IMG/VR virus record: IMGVR_UViG_3300046522_000173
Location: 20,274 to 84,273 of that record
Reading direction: 5' to 3' (one strand)
From: a virus
Lineage: Duplodnaviria; Heunggongvirae; Uroviricota; Caudoviricetes
Length of the DNA: 64,000 bases
Part shown: piece by piece, positions 52,338 to 60,060 of the stretch
Layout of the letters: the number at the start of each line of letters is the position of its first letter
How positions within the stretch are numbered: the first letter of the stretch is position 1
Translations under genes and position numbers: made by a program
Notes under the pieces: model-generated
Seen by the model: the letters and a program-made list of their open reading frames with translations, nothing else
The model's database searches: none
What the model was told of the DNA's origin: nothing

Positions 52338-52498
52338 CTAGATTCCTTATCGGCCTACTCGCATGTACTGTCATCGGAGCTGTGCTAGTCTCACTTGGTG
52401 TGCCTGTGTTTAGTTGGCAATATGTGCTGGTCATGGTGATGCTGATTGTTATCGCGCAGAATGAAATTTATTGGGAGAGGAAGAAGCGTAATGGTTGA
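52334..52498 (+). CDS. small membrane protein (54 aa)
   Basis: Two hydrophobic segments plus a basic tail; ATGA coupling. Confidence 0.3.
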   Translation: MTRFLIGLLACTVIGAVLVSLGVPVFSWQYVLVMVMLIVIAQNEIYWERKKRNG

Positions 52499-53498
52499 GG
52501 TGAAGGGTAAGGCTAACATTGTTGCACGCATTCTTGCAGACAGCATCAGTGAGCAAGGCCATCGGCTGACGACATGGGAAGTGGAATATCCACGTATCAT
52601 CCATAGCGAGCTGATGACACACCGAATGTTCTCACGTAACGCTGCCAGTAGCCGTGCTATTCCGTTTGCTAAGATGGTTGAGCAGCTTACGGGGCGTCCT
52701 GTACGGTTTGGGGCAAATCAGGCCGGGATGCAGGACGCGGGCGAGGATTTTAATGCAAGTGTAGAAGTGCCAGAGTATGAGGATATGTCATGGGAAGCTT
52801 GCGCCCAGGCATTACCCGAACAAGCATGGGAAGGGGCTAAGTACAGTGCTATGACATTTGCTAGTGCGTTTGCCGAAGCAGGGTACCACAAACAGATTAC
52901 AGGTCGCTTGACGGAACCGTTCCAGATGATGAAGACGATTATCTCTGCTACGGAGACATCGAATTTCTTCTGGTTGCGGGATGACGAAGCAGCTGATCCG
53001 ACAATCGCGGAGTTGGCACGTTGCATGAAGCAGTCTTACGACGAAAGTGCGCCAAGAACTTTGTTCAGTGGTGAATATCATCTGCCGTACATCGCTTCCA
53101 AGTGGAATGGTATTGTCTGCGAACGCACATACTACCTGGACGAAGAGTGCACTCAAGAGATTGCTCTAGAAGACGCTATCAAAGTTTCTTGCGCTCGTTG
53201 CGCCGCAGTTTCCTACCGAAACAATGGGTATGGGCTGGAGAAATCACTAGAGGTTTATGAGCGGTTACTTGGCAGCGATAAGAAGCATGCCAGCGCATTC
53301 GAGCACGTTGCTACACCCATGGGGAACCCTCGCGGCGTTAGTGAGTGCAGAGGCTCATGCTACGGTTTCGACGTTGATGCAGAATGGGGAGCTGGTGTCT
53401 CGCACATGGATCGAGAAGGCAACCTCTGGTCGGGCAACTTCAAAGGCTGGGTTCAGTATCGCAAGACTATTGACGGTGAGAACTACACAGATTCGTAG
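52491..53498 (+). CDS. thyX: flavin-dependent thymidylate synthase ThyX-like
   Basis: ThyX-type motif HRMFSRNAASSR (xHR-X7-S-X-R); RBS GGGAGAGGAAGAAG; start placed at the internal ATG of ORF 52446..53498. Confidence 0.55.
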   Translation: MVEVKGKANIVARILADSISEQGHRLTTWEVEYPRIIHSELMTHRMFSRNAASSRAIPFAKMVEQLTGRPVRFGANQAGMQDAGEDFNASVEVPEYEDMSWEACAQALPEQAWEGAKYSAMTFASAFAEAGYHKQITGRLTEPFQMMKTIISATETSNFFWLRDDEAADPTIAELARCMKQSYDESAPRTLFSGEYHLPYIASKWNGIVCERTYYLDEECTQEIALEDAIKVSCARCAAVSYRNNGYGLEKSLEVYERLLGSDKKHASAFEHVATPMGNPRGVSECRGSCYGFDVDAEWGAGVSHMDREGNLWSGNFKGWVQYRKTIDGENYTDS

Positions 53499-53535
53499 CA
53501 ACATTCTATGCACAGTGAATTCTTAGAAATTCTTG

Positions 53536-53564
53536 TTGACAGCGTTCAATTTTCACAATATAAT
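53536..53564 (+). promoter_or_regulatory. consensus sigma70 promoter TTGACA-N17-TATAAT of a moron cassette
   Basis: Perfect hexamers 50 nt upstream of ATG 53617. Confidence 0.6.
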
Positions 53565-53616
53565 TCTTCTTGTGCTCACTACCGAGCACACTAACAAAAC
53601 TAAGAAAGGCAACACA

Positions 53617-54027
53617 ATGAAAAACGCAATCTTCGCCGCAGCTCTGGTTATCACTGCTAACATCGCTATCGCAGCTACTCCTGCTAGTGCCATCCCTCCG
53701 GGCGATGTCTCGGCACAGGCTACGGCTTCGGGTATTCCCCCAGGTGACGTGTCCGCTCATGTAGCTGCTTCGGGTATTCCTCCGATTGATGTCTCTGCGC
53801 ACGCTGAAGCAAATGTACAAGCAAGCGCAATCCCACCAATCGACGTGTCGGCACATGCTGAAGCTGCTCCGATGCAAGTTAGCGCAATTCCCCCTAGCGA
53901 TGTGTCGTCTCCGAAGCCTTTTGTGCCGGAAGCTGGCAGCGAGGTTGCTACGGCGGCTATGGGCTTCGGTCTGCTGGGGCTGATTGGCGGTATGAAGGTG
54001 ATGGGTCGTCGTCGTAAGCAGAAATAA
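53617..54027 (+). CDS. secreted repeat protein with PEP-CTERM-like C-terminal sorting signal
   Basis: Signal peptide (MKNAIFAAALVITANIAIAATPASA); five tandem IPPGDVSAH-type repeats; C-terminus VPEAGSEVATAAMGFGLLGLIGGMKVMGRRRKQK (PE motif, TM helix, Arg/Lys cluster); followed by a hairpin. Confidence 0.55.
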   Translation: MKNAIFAAALVITANIAIAATPASAIPPGDVSAQATASGIPPGDVSAHVAASGIPPIDVSAHAEANVQASAIPPIDVSAHAEAAPMQVSAIPPSDVSSPKPFVPEAGSEVATAAMGFGLLGLIGGMKVMGRRRKQK

Positions 54028-54085
54028 TTAAGTAGTGTAGAGGGAGGGGCGAAAGCTCCTCTATAAATTAAACTAAGGAGAGAAT

Positions 54086-54961
54086 ATGGAATTCAACACC
54101 AAATACGTGAAGTACTCGGCAATCGGTTTTGCTAGCCTGATCGCGGCTCTGTGGGCCAACCCTTTCAACTCTGTGCCTACGGGCTCTCGTGGCGTAGTGA
54201 CTAGCTTTGGTAAGATTGCTGGCATTGAAGACGAAGGCTTGGTGTTACTCCCTCCGTGGAAGAAGCTCACTATCTTCAACATCCGCGCAGAGAAGGCTGA
54301 CATCGAGAACGCTGAAGGCAGCACTAATGACCAACAACCTGTCAAGGTGAGTATGACTGTTCGCTACAGCGTAGCCACCAACAAGGTGAGCGAAGTGTAC
54401 GAGAAGTATTCGCACGACGGTGATCTGTCCAGCTACGTTCAAACTGCAACACAAGAAGTGTTTAAGGCTGTCACTGCACAATACTCTGCACCAGACCTGA
54501 TTGCACAACGCGCTAAGGTGAGCGGGGATATCCGTATTCAACTGTCCAAGAAACTTGAGATGTATGGGGCGCAAGTGATTGCAATTGACATGCGCAGCTT
54601 CTCTTTCAGCCCAAGCTACATGGCTGCTATCAACGAAAAGGTGACGCAAGAGCAGCTTCGCCTGGGTGCTGAGAACAAGCTGAAAACTGTTGAGGCTGAG
54701 CAGAAGCAGAAAGTGGCTATTGCAGAAGCTGAGGCGAACGCACTGAAGGCGTCCTCTGACGGTAAGGCCTACGCTGCGCTTAAAATTGCTACTGCTGAAG
54801 CAGATAGCTTGAAAGTACAATCGCAGGCACTTGCACAGAATCGTGACGTGCTGGAGCTGCGACGTATCGAGGTCGAGCAGACTAAGGCAAGCCGTTGGAA
54901 TGGTGTGCTGCCAACGAGTGTGTATGGCTCTGCCCCGATTCCTTTTCTGAATACTAAGTGA
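54086..54961 (+). CDS. SPFH/band-7 (prohibitin-like) domain protein
   Basis: N-terminal TM then an SPFH core with a long Ala/Glu-rich coiled coil; RBS AAGGAGAGAA. Confidence 0.6.
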   Translation: MEFNTKYVKYSAIGFASLIAALWANPFNSVPTGSRGVVTSFGKIAGIEDEGLVLLPPWKKLTIFNIRAEKADIENAEGSTNDQQPVKVSMTVRYSVATNKVSEVYEKYSHDGDLSSYVQTATQEVFKAVTAQYSAPDLIAQRAKVSGDIRIQLSKKLEMYGAQVIAIDMRSFSFSPSYMAAINEKVTQEQLRLGAENKLKTVEAEQKQKVAIAEAEANALKASSDGKAYAALKIATAEADSLKVQSQALAQNRDVLELRRIEVEQTKASRWNGVLPTSVYGSAPIPFLNTK

Positions 54962-54967
54962 GGGCGT

Positions 54968-55189
54968 ATGTTTGTATTCATCTTTGGAGTATTAGGTATT
55001 TGTTTAGGAGTTTTGGCGTTTATTCGCATTGAGGTAATCGACCGTGCAATTGGCAAGCGCATTGAGGAAGTGTTTGCGTCAGAGCACTGGTACAAATACG
55101 ATATTCAGGTTAGCGGCACCTACGCGGAGTGCATGTGGGATTTGCGCAAGTGGAAGTATAGGGACATCTTTCCAGAGGTGGTGAAATGA
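54968..55189 (+). CDS. small membrane protein (73 aa), possible partner of the SPFH protein
   Basis: N-terminal TM helix; gene adjacency. Confidence 0.4.
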   Translation: MFVFIFGVLGICLGVLAFIRIEVIDRAIGKRIEEVFASEHWYKYDIQVSGTYAECMWDLRKWKYRDIFPEVVK

Positions 55190-55326
55190 GACAGACATTC
55201 CTAGAACTGGTAATGTACCTTCGTGACAACGTAGACAGTTTCTACTACGACGACACATTGGACGAGGATAGCCTAGCGGCTGAGGTGATGGCTTTCGCAG
55301 ATGCTTTTGAGGCGCAAATTCAATGA
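55186..55326 (+). CDS. hypothetical small acidic protein (46 aa)
   Basis: ATGA-coupled ORF under 60 aa. Confidence 0.3.
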   Translation: MRQTFLELVMYLRDNVDSFYYDDTLDEDSLAAEVMAFADAFEAQIQ

Positions 55327-55490
55327 GCATTGCTGTCCACATAATTGACACGGAGGAGCAGATTGTTGTGAGCCATCTCGATTGCGTGGTTGCGCGGTTT
55401 GACAGGAGTTGGCTGCGGAGTGAGGCTGAGTTTGTGTGCGGCTTGGAGGATTTGTTGCGGGGGTTGGGGTTTGTGGTGAGTTTGGATTAG
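55323..55490 (+). CDS. hypothetical small protein (55 aa)
   Basis: ATGA-coupled ORF under 60 aa. Confidence 0.3.
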   Translation: MSIAVHIIDTEEQIVVSHLDCVVARFDRSWLRSEAEFVCGLEDLLRGLGFVVSLD

Positions 55491-55501
55491 GGGTTATTCA
55501 A

Positions 55502-57154
55502 ATGGGTTATTGGAAAAAACAAGATTCATACGAAGAGGGAACACGAGTGACTGAATTTAAAAAAGAGAGTATCAAGGACGTTCTTGAGTACCCAGTTCTG
55601 GCTATCCCTGAACGCGGTATTCGCCAGGAAACTGCGGAATTGTTCGGCATTAGGACGGCCGTATCCGAAATCGATGGCCGCACGCCTATTGCTCATTACT
55701 TCCCGTATTACAACCAAAAGAAAGAGCTGTGCGGCTTCAAGCGCCGCGACATCACCTTACCGAAAGAAGATAAGCACCACTTTAGCGTGGTCGGGCAGGT
55801 TAATATTGGCTGTTTGATGTTCGGCCAGCAGGTAGCCGAGACAATTCCGCGAAAGCACACTAAGATATACGTCCTCGAAGGTGAATGGGAAGTTCCCAGC
55901 TTACATCAGGCTATGTGCGACGATGTGGCAGGCACACAGTATGCAACCCTAAAGCCGTTCGTAGTTAGTGTGGGACTTGGCACTAAAAACAGTGTCGAGA
56001 ACATCCTGCACAACAAAGACTTCATAACATCATTCACCGATGCTGTTGTCCTCGGATTCGATAACGACGAGTGCACTCCTGCTGAAAAGCAGAAGGGTAT
56101 GATGCGTGGCAAAGAAGCCCGTGAGGCAGTTGCTAATGCACTGATGGGTGCACCACTGTTCTACCTGCCCTATGGTGTGGACAAGAAAGACCCGTCAGAC
56201 TACCTACAAGCAGGGCAGTCCAAGGAGTTGGCAAAACTGGCATCGTTCGGGGCTAAACCGTACGTAGCGGAGAAAATCCTTAAAGCTGGCGATGTTACGT
56301 TTGATGAGATTGTTACACAGAGACCGCTCGGCATTATGGTCCCTGAGTTTCCGAAGCTGATGAATCAAATAAAAGGTTTTAGAACAAGGGAGCTGACCCT
56401 GCTCTGTGCCCCTTCAAATGTTGGCAAAAGCACAATATCTGCTATCTTCGCTAACGCTTTTATGTCCGCTGGTGAACGTGTGGGTATGATCTACCTAGAG
56501 GAGCGTCCAGTAGAAACACTTCAGCGCATGATTGCTTCACAGCTTAAAGTCAACTATCTCGAATTTAAGAATAATCCTACGAGTGTTGCAACCCGTGAGG
56601 ATATCGAGCGTGTGTACCGGGACATCGTGGACAACAACAAAGTTGTGATGCTTGACCACTTCGGCTCTCTGCCGCTGTCAGAGTTCATGAGTAAAGTGAA
56701 GCACATGCATTTTGTTGAGGGCTGTCGTTATATTGTTGTCGATCATATCACAGTCTTGACCAGCCCAGACGTTGGAGATGAGCGCAAGGAACTTGACTTG
56801 ACGATGACTACTCTGGCTGCATTCTGCGCAGCAAACGACATTTGTGTGATAATCATTAGCCACATCAATAGGACGAACGCGGATGCGTTCAAACCACCGA
56901 AAGGCAAGGAAGATCAACCGTTTTGGGTGCGTGTTACGAAGGAAAGTCTGCGTGGGTCTAGCAGTCTTGAAGCGCTTAGCTGGAATATCTTGGCCCTGGA
57001 GCCTGAAATTCTCCCGGACAGGTCTCGCGGGCGTTGCCGTGTTGTAACCTTGAAGAACCGTACGTGGTCTTATTTGGGTTGTGCCGACACATTCAAACTG
57101 GATAACGAGACTTGGGAGGTTGTTACTGAAGATGACGAGGTTCATGAGTTTTAA
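55502..57154 (+). CDS. DNA primase/helicase (TOPRIM primase domain plus DnaB-like helicase, T7 gp4-like)
   Basis: TOPRIM (YVLEGEWEV, VLGFDNDE); helicase Walker A (CAPSNVGKST); start at the internal ATG of ORF 55436..57154. Confidence 0.75.
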   Translation: MGYWKKQDSYEEGTRVTEFKKESIKDVLEYPVLAIPERGIRQETAELFGIRTAVSEIDGRTPIAHYFPYYNQKKELCGFKRRDITLPKEDKHHFSVVGQVNIGCLMFGQQVAETIPRKHTKIYVLEGEWEVPSLHQAMCDDVAGTQYATLKPFVVSVGLGTKNSVENILHNKDFITSFTDAVVLGFDNDECTPAEKQKGMMRGKEAREAVANALMGAPLFYLPYGVDKKDPSDYLQAGQSKELAKLASFGAKPYVAEKILKAGDVTFDEIVTQRPLGIMVPEFPKLMNQIKGFRTRELTLLCAPSNVGKSTISAIFANAFMSAGERVGMIYLEERPVETLQRMIASQLKVNYLEFKNNPTSVATREDIERVYRDIVDNNKVVMLDHFGSLPLSEFMSKVKHMHFVEGCRYIVVDHITVLTSPDVGDERKELDLTMTTLAAFCAANDICVIIISHINRTNADAFKPPKGKEDQPFWVRVTKESLRGSSSLEALSWNILALEPEILPDRSRGRCRVVTLKNRTWSYLGCADTFKLDNETWEVVTEDDEVHEF

Positions 57155-57167
57155 GAATTCATAAGAT

Positions 57168-57196
57168 TTGACAAGGCGGCCTTGTAATGTTAGAAT
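57168..57196 (+). promoter_or_regulatory. sigma70-type promoter TTGACA-N17-TAGAAT with palindrome ACAAGGcggCCTTGT in the spacer
   Basis: Hexamers upstream of HNH gene 57227. Confidence 0.5.
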
Positions 57197-57226
57197 ATTC
57201 TTCTAAACACTCTAAGAAGGATAAAT

Positions 57227-58309
57227 ATGAAGAGCAAGTATAATGTCAAGGTTGGGGATCGGTTCCAGAATAATGCAGGCGAGTGGTTCACTGTGAAACA
57301 ATACAACAATGTGGAGGATGTTCTTGTAGAGTTTGACAAGAACGGGCACCAGAAACGAACAACGATCTATTCAGTGGTTCGTGGTGCTATCCGCTTGCCG
57401 AATTTTTGTGTCGGAGATGTTTTGGTGGACAGAGACGGTCTGCCTGCGAAAATCGTGAAAGTCCAGGGGATAAATGCCATTACTTTGGAATGGGAGGATG
57501 GTGTGCAGAGGGTGCATCGATCTTCAAATTTGGGGAGCGGGCAGTTCATGCACCCGTTGAAATCTAAGTACGACAACCCAGAGATAAAAGTGGGCCAAAA
57601 GTGGGAAACGAACCAAGGGTGTATAGTAGAAGTTGTTGGTTACGAAACGTCGAAACGCATCACTGTTCAGTTCTGCGACCCTCACAAGTTTACAGTCGTA
57701 ACCACCCAAGCTAACCTGAAGAGTGGCGCGATCCGTAACAGATATCTGCCCACTTTTTGTGGCGTTGGCGTAATTGGTGACGCAGTGTTTGATCCACGCG
57801 GAAGGATGTACAGAAAGTGGTCACAAATGTTGATGAGGGTTTACTACGAGCCAGCAAGGGCTAAATACAAGACCTACGCGGATTGTTCAGTTTGTTCGGA
57901 ATGGCACGTTTTGGGACAATTTAACGACTGGTATATTAGGCAGATTATTGAACCTGGGTGGCAGATCGACAAAGATTTGTTAGTGAAAGGGAACAAAGTT
58001 TATGGGCCTACATATTGTGTGTTCCTTCCGCGCGAGTTGAACTCCTTCTTAACGAAAAGGCAGAATTGTAGAGGGGAGCAACCGATTGGTGTCAGTAGGG
58101 TACAGGAGACCGGCAGGTATCTGGCACAGATGACTAAAGGGGGGAGGTCCCTCCATATCGGCAGTTATAATACGCCGGAAGAGGCATTCCAAGCATATAA
58201 GAAATGCAAAGAGGGGTACGCACGTGAGCTTGCAGCCAAATGGCGCGACAAAATTGACCTACGTGCGTACAACGCTCTTATGAACTACACTGTAGAAATC
58301 ACAGATTAA
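57227..58309 (+). CDS. HNH-AP2 homing endonuclease with three N-terminal tandem repeats
   Basis: C-terminal AP2-like domain (GVSRVQETGRYLAQMTKGGRSLHIGSYNTPEEAFQAYK); N-terminal triple repeat (VGDRFQNNAGEWFTVKQY..); inserted between the helicase and polymerase genes. Confidence 0.6.
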   Translation: MKSKYNVKVGDRFQNNAGEWFTVKQYNNVEDVLVEFDKNGHQKRTTIYSVVRGAIRLPNFCVGDVLVDRDGLPAKIVKVQGINAITLEWEDGVQRVHRSSNLGSGQFMHPLKSKYDNPEIKVGQKWETNQGCIVEVVGYETSKRITVQFCDPHKFTVVTTQANLKSGAIRNRYLPTFCGVGVIGDAVFDPRGRMYRKWSQMLMRVYYEPARAKYKTYADCSVCSEWHVLGQFNDWYIRQIIEPGWQIDKDLLVKGNKVYGPTYCVFLPRELNSFLTKRQNCRGEQPIGVSRVQETGRYLAQMTKGGRSLHIGSYNTPEEAFQAYKKCKEGYARELAAKWRDKIDLRAYNALMNYTVEITD

Positions 58310-58388
58310 ACCCAACAAACCCCTTGCACTCTTCACCCAACCCCTCTACAATATAACCCACAGCACAACAATCTTAAGGAGAAAACTA

Positions 58389-58889
58389 ATGAGCAATTTC
58401 GTAGCGATGAAGATAAAAGTGGAAGACCCTACTCACTCCAAAGCCATCCAAGAAAAGCTGTTTGAGATGGGACACAAGTGGGCGTGTGGGCAAACATCTG
58501 TTCTGCATACAGATGCACCGTGCTTGTACCTGGATAAATTCGGTATCGGCTATAGCTATGGTAACTATGGCACTTATAGCTTTTTCAACAGTGATTCGGC
58601 TGAAGAACACTTTCTAGTCAACGGGCAGTTTGTCACCAAAAAGTACTGGACCCAGCCCGCAACAGCGTTTGGAGGCTACTCCTTCAAGCTGGGCGAACTC
58701 TCGACATGCATTGGCAAGCTGGATGCACGCCCTGCCCCACTACCCCTCCAGCCAATTGCCCAATGGCTGACAGATCGCATGAAGAATGTTACTGAGCACA
58801 TCTCTCAAGCTCTCGCTGAGGGATGCTCGCCAGATAACAAGCTTACGAGGGAGCTGCATGCGCTGAGCTTTTTGATGCGTGAATTTTAG
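58389..58889 (+). CDS. hypothetical protein (166 aa)
   Basis: RBS AAGGAGAAAA. Confidence 0.5.
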   Translation: MSNFVAMKIKVEDPTHSKAIQEKLFEMGHKWACGQTSVLHTDAPCLYLDKFGIGYSYGNYGTYSFFNSDSAEEHFLVNGQFVTKKYWTQPATAFGGYSFKLGELSTCIGKLDARPAPLPLQPIAQWLTDRMKNVTEHISQALAEGCSPDNKLTRELHALSFLMREF

Positions 58890-58900
58890 GAGAATAATTG

Positions 58901-59353
58901 ATGAAAGAACTAATCGGTAAAACTGTTAAACAGATGTTAGTCAACGAGAACCAGCACATCCTAAAATTCGTTCTGTCTGACGACACGGCGATGTACTACG
59001 AAGCAGAGGGCGACTGCTGTTCTGAAACATGGTTCGCTGACATTATTTTCAATGTTCAACATGGTTGGAAACAGGGATTGTTCCCTCTAACTGTAGAAAA
59101 TGTTGAAGATATCGAAGTCCCAGGTTGGGTGGAGTCATTGCTCACTAATGATGGGCGAGGCCGACAGGACTACGACCAAGTATATGGTGAGAAACTTGTT
59201 GTGAGCGGTGGCACTGTTGACATTATCTACCGCAACAGCAGCAACGGTTATTACGGCGGCTGGTGCAACTTCCTTGATGTCACGCATGGGTATGCGCAGG
59301 AGTGGATTTCTAAGTGTGAATGGACTGAAATTACCGAAGATTGGAGGGCTTAA
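58901..59353 (+). CDS. hypothetical protein (151 aa)
   Basis: RBS AGGAGAATAA. Confidence 0.5.
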   Translation: MKELIGKTVKQMLVNENQHILKFVLSDDTAMYYEAEGDCCSETWFADIIFNVQHGWKQGLFPLTVENVEDIEVPGWVESLLTNDGRGRQDYDQVYGEKLVVSGGTVDIIYRNSSNGYYGGWCNFLDVTHGYAQEWISKCEWTEITEDWRA

Positions 59354-59817
59354 TGAAACCGCAACTTATCCAGCGCCTCCTGCGCTCCCAGGCACTCACC
59401 CTGCAAGCCCTCTACGCAGAGCAAGCTGATGCACGAGCTAATCGTAAAAAGCTTAACGCTGCTAGTGACAAGTATGCTGTGAAGGCTCAAGAGTGCGACG
59501 CTGAGCTTGATTTCGACAAGGCGTACGATTTGCGCAAGGTGGCACGAGCGTATGTTGAAACAGTTAGTGGGTACACGCCAGAGATTAACAAACTCAAGAA
59601 GCGCATTCGCGGCCTGGAAGAGATTCAACGCGCATTAAAACATGAGTTGAAATGCGTGGCGTGCTTGGAAGCGTGGACACAGGAAGATGATGAGTTTTGG
59701 CTTGATGAGCAATATGCTTGGACACGCACACCTCCTGTACTGGACCCTAATGTTGTGACGCACGCTGTCTACAACTGGGAGACGGGGCTGTGGAAGAATG
59801 CGGAGGATGTGCAATGA
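59353..59817 (+). CDS. hypothetical coiled-coil protein (ATG inside ORF 59341..59817)
   Basis: ORF track entry. Confidence 0.45.
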   Translation: MKPQLIQRLLRSQALTLQALYAEQADARANRKKLNAASDKYAVKAQECDAELDFDKAYDLRKVARAYVETVSGYTPEINKLKKRIRGLEEIQRALKHELKCVACLEAWTQEDDEFWLDEQYAWTRTPPVLDPNVVTHAVYNWETGLWKNAEDVQ

Positions 59818-60014
59818 AGAGCACTCTCAGCAACATCGGCTTCGGAGCGTTGCTCCTCGCCTGGATTGGCCCTTGGCTTCTACTTATTGTGGAGGGCTTC
59901 TGGCTGTTCTGCACAGGGCATGTGCTGACAGGGATTCCTTGGGATCAGACTAGGGTTGGGATAGCGATTGCCTGGCCTGTGTTTGTTGGGATGATTATGG
60001 CGGGGCTTTCGTGA
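59814..60014 (+). CDS. small membrane protein (66 aa)
   Basis: Two TM helices; RBS GGAGGATG. Confidence 0.45.
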   Translation: MKSTLSNIGFGALLLAWIGPWLLLIVEGFWLFCTGHVLTGIPWDQTRVGIAIAWPVFVGMIMAGLS

Positions 60015-60060
60015 AGCACAATTTGCTGCTGGAGCTTGGTGGCAAATTGGCGAAGATGAT

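Noticed and set aside
53640-53900. Tandem 39-42-nt DNA repeats
   Set aside because: In-frame coding repeats (IPPGDVSAH units) of the secreted PEP-CTERM-like protein, not a non-coding array.
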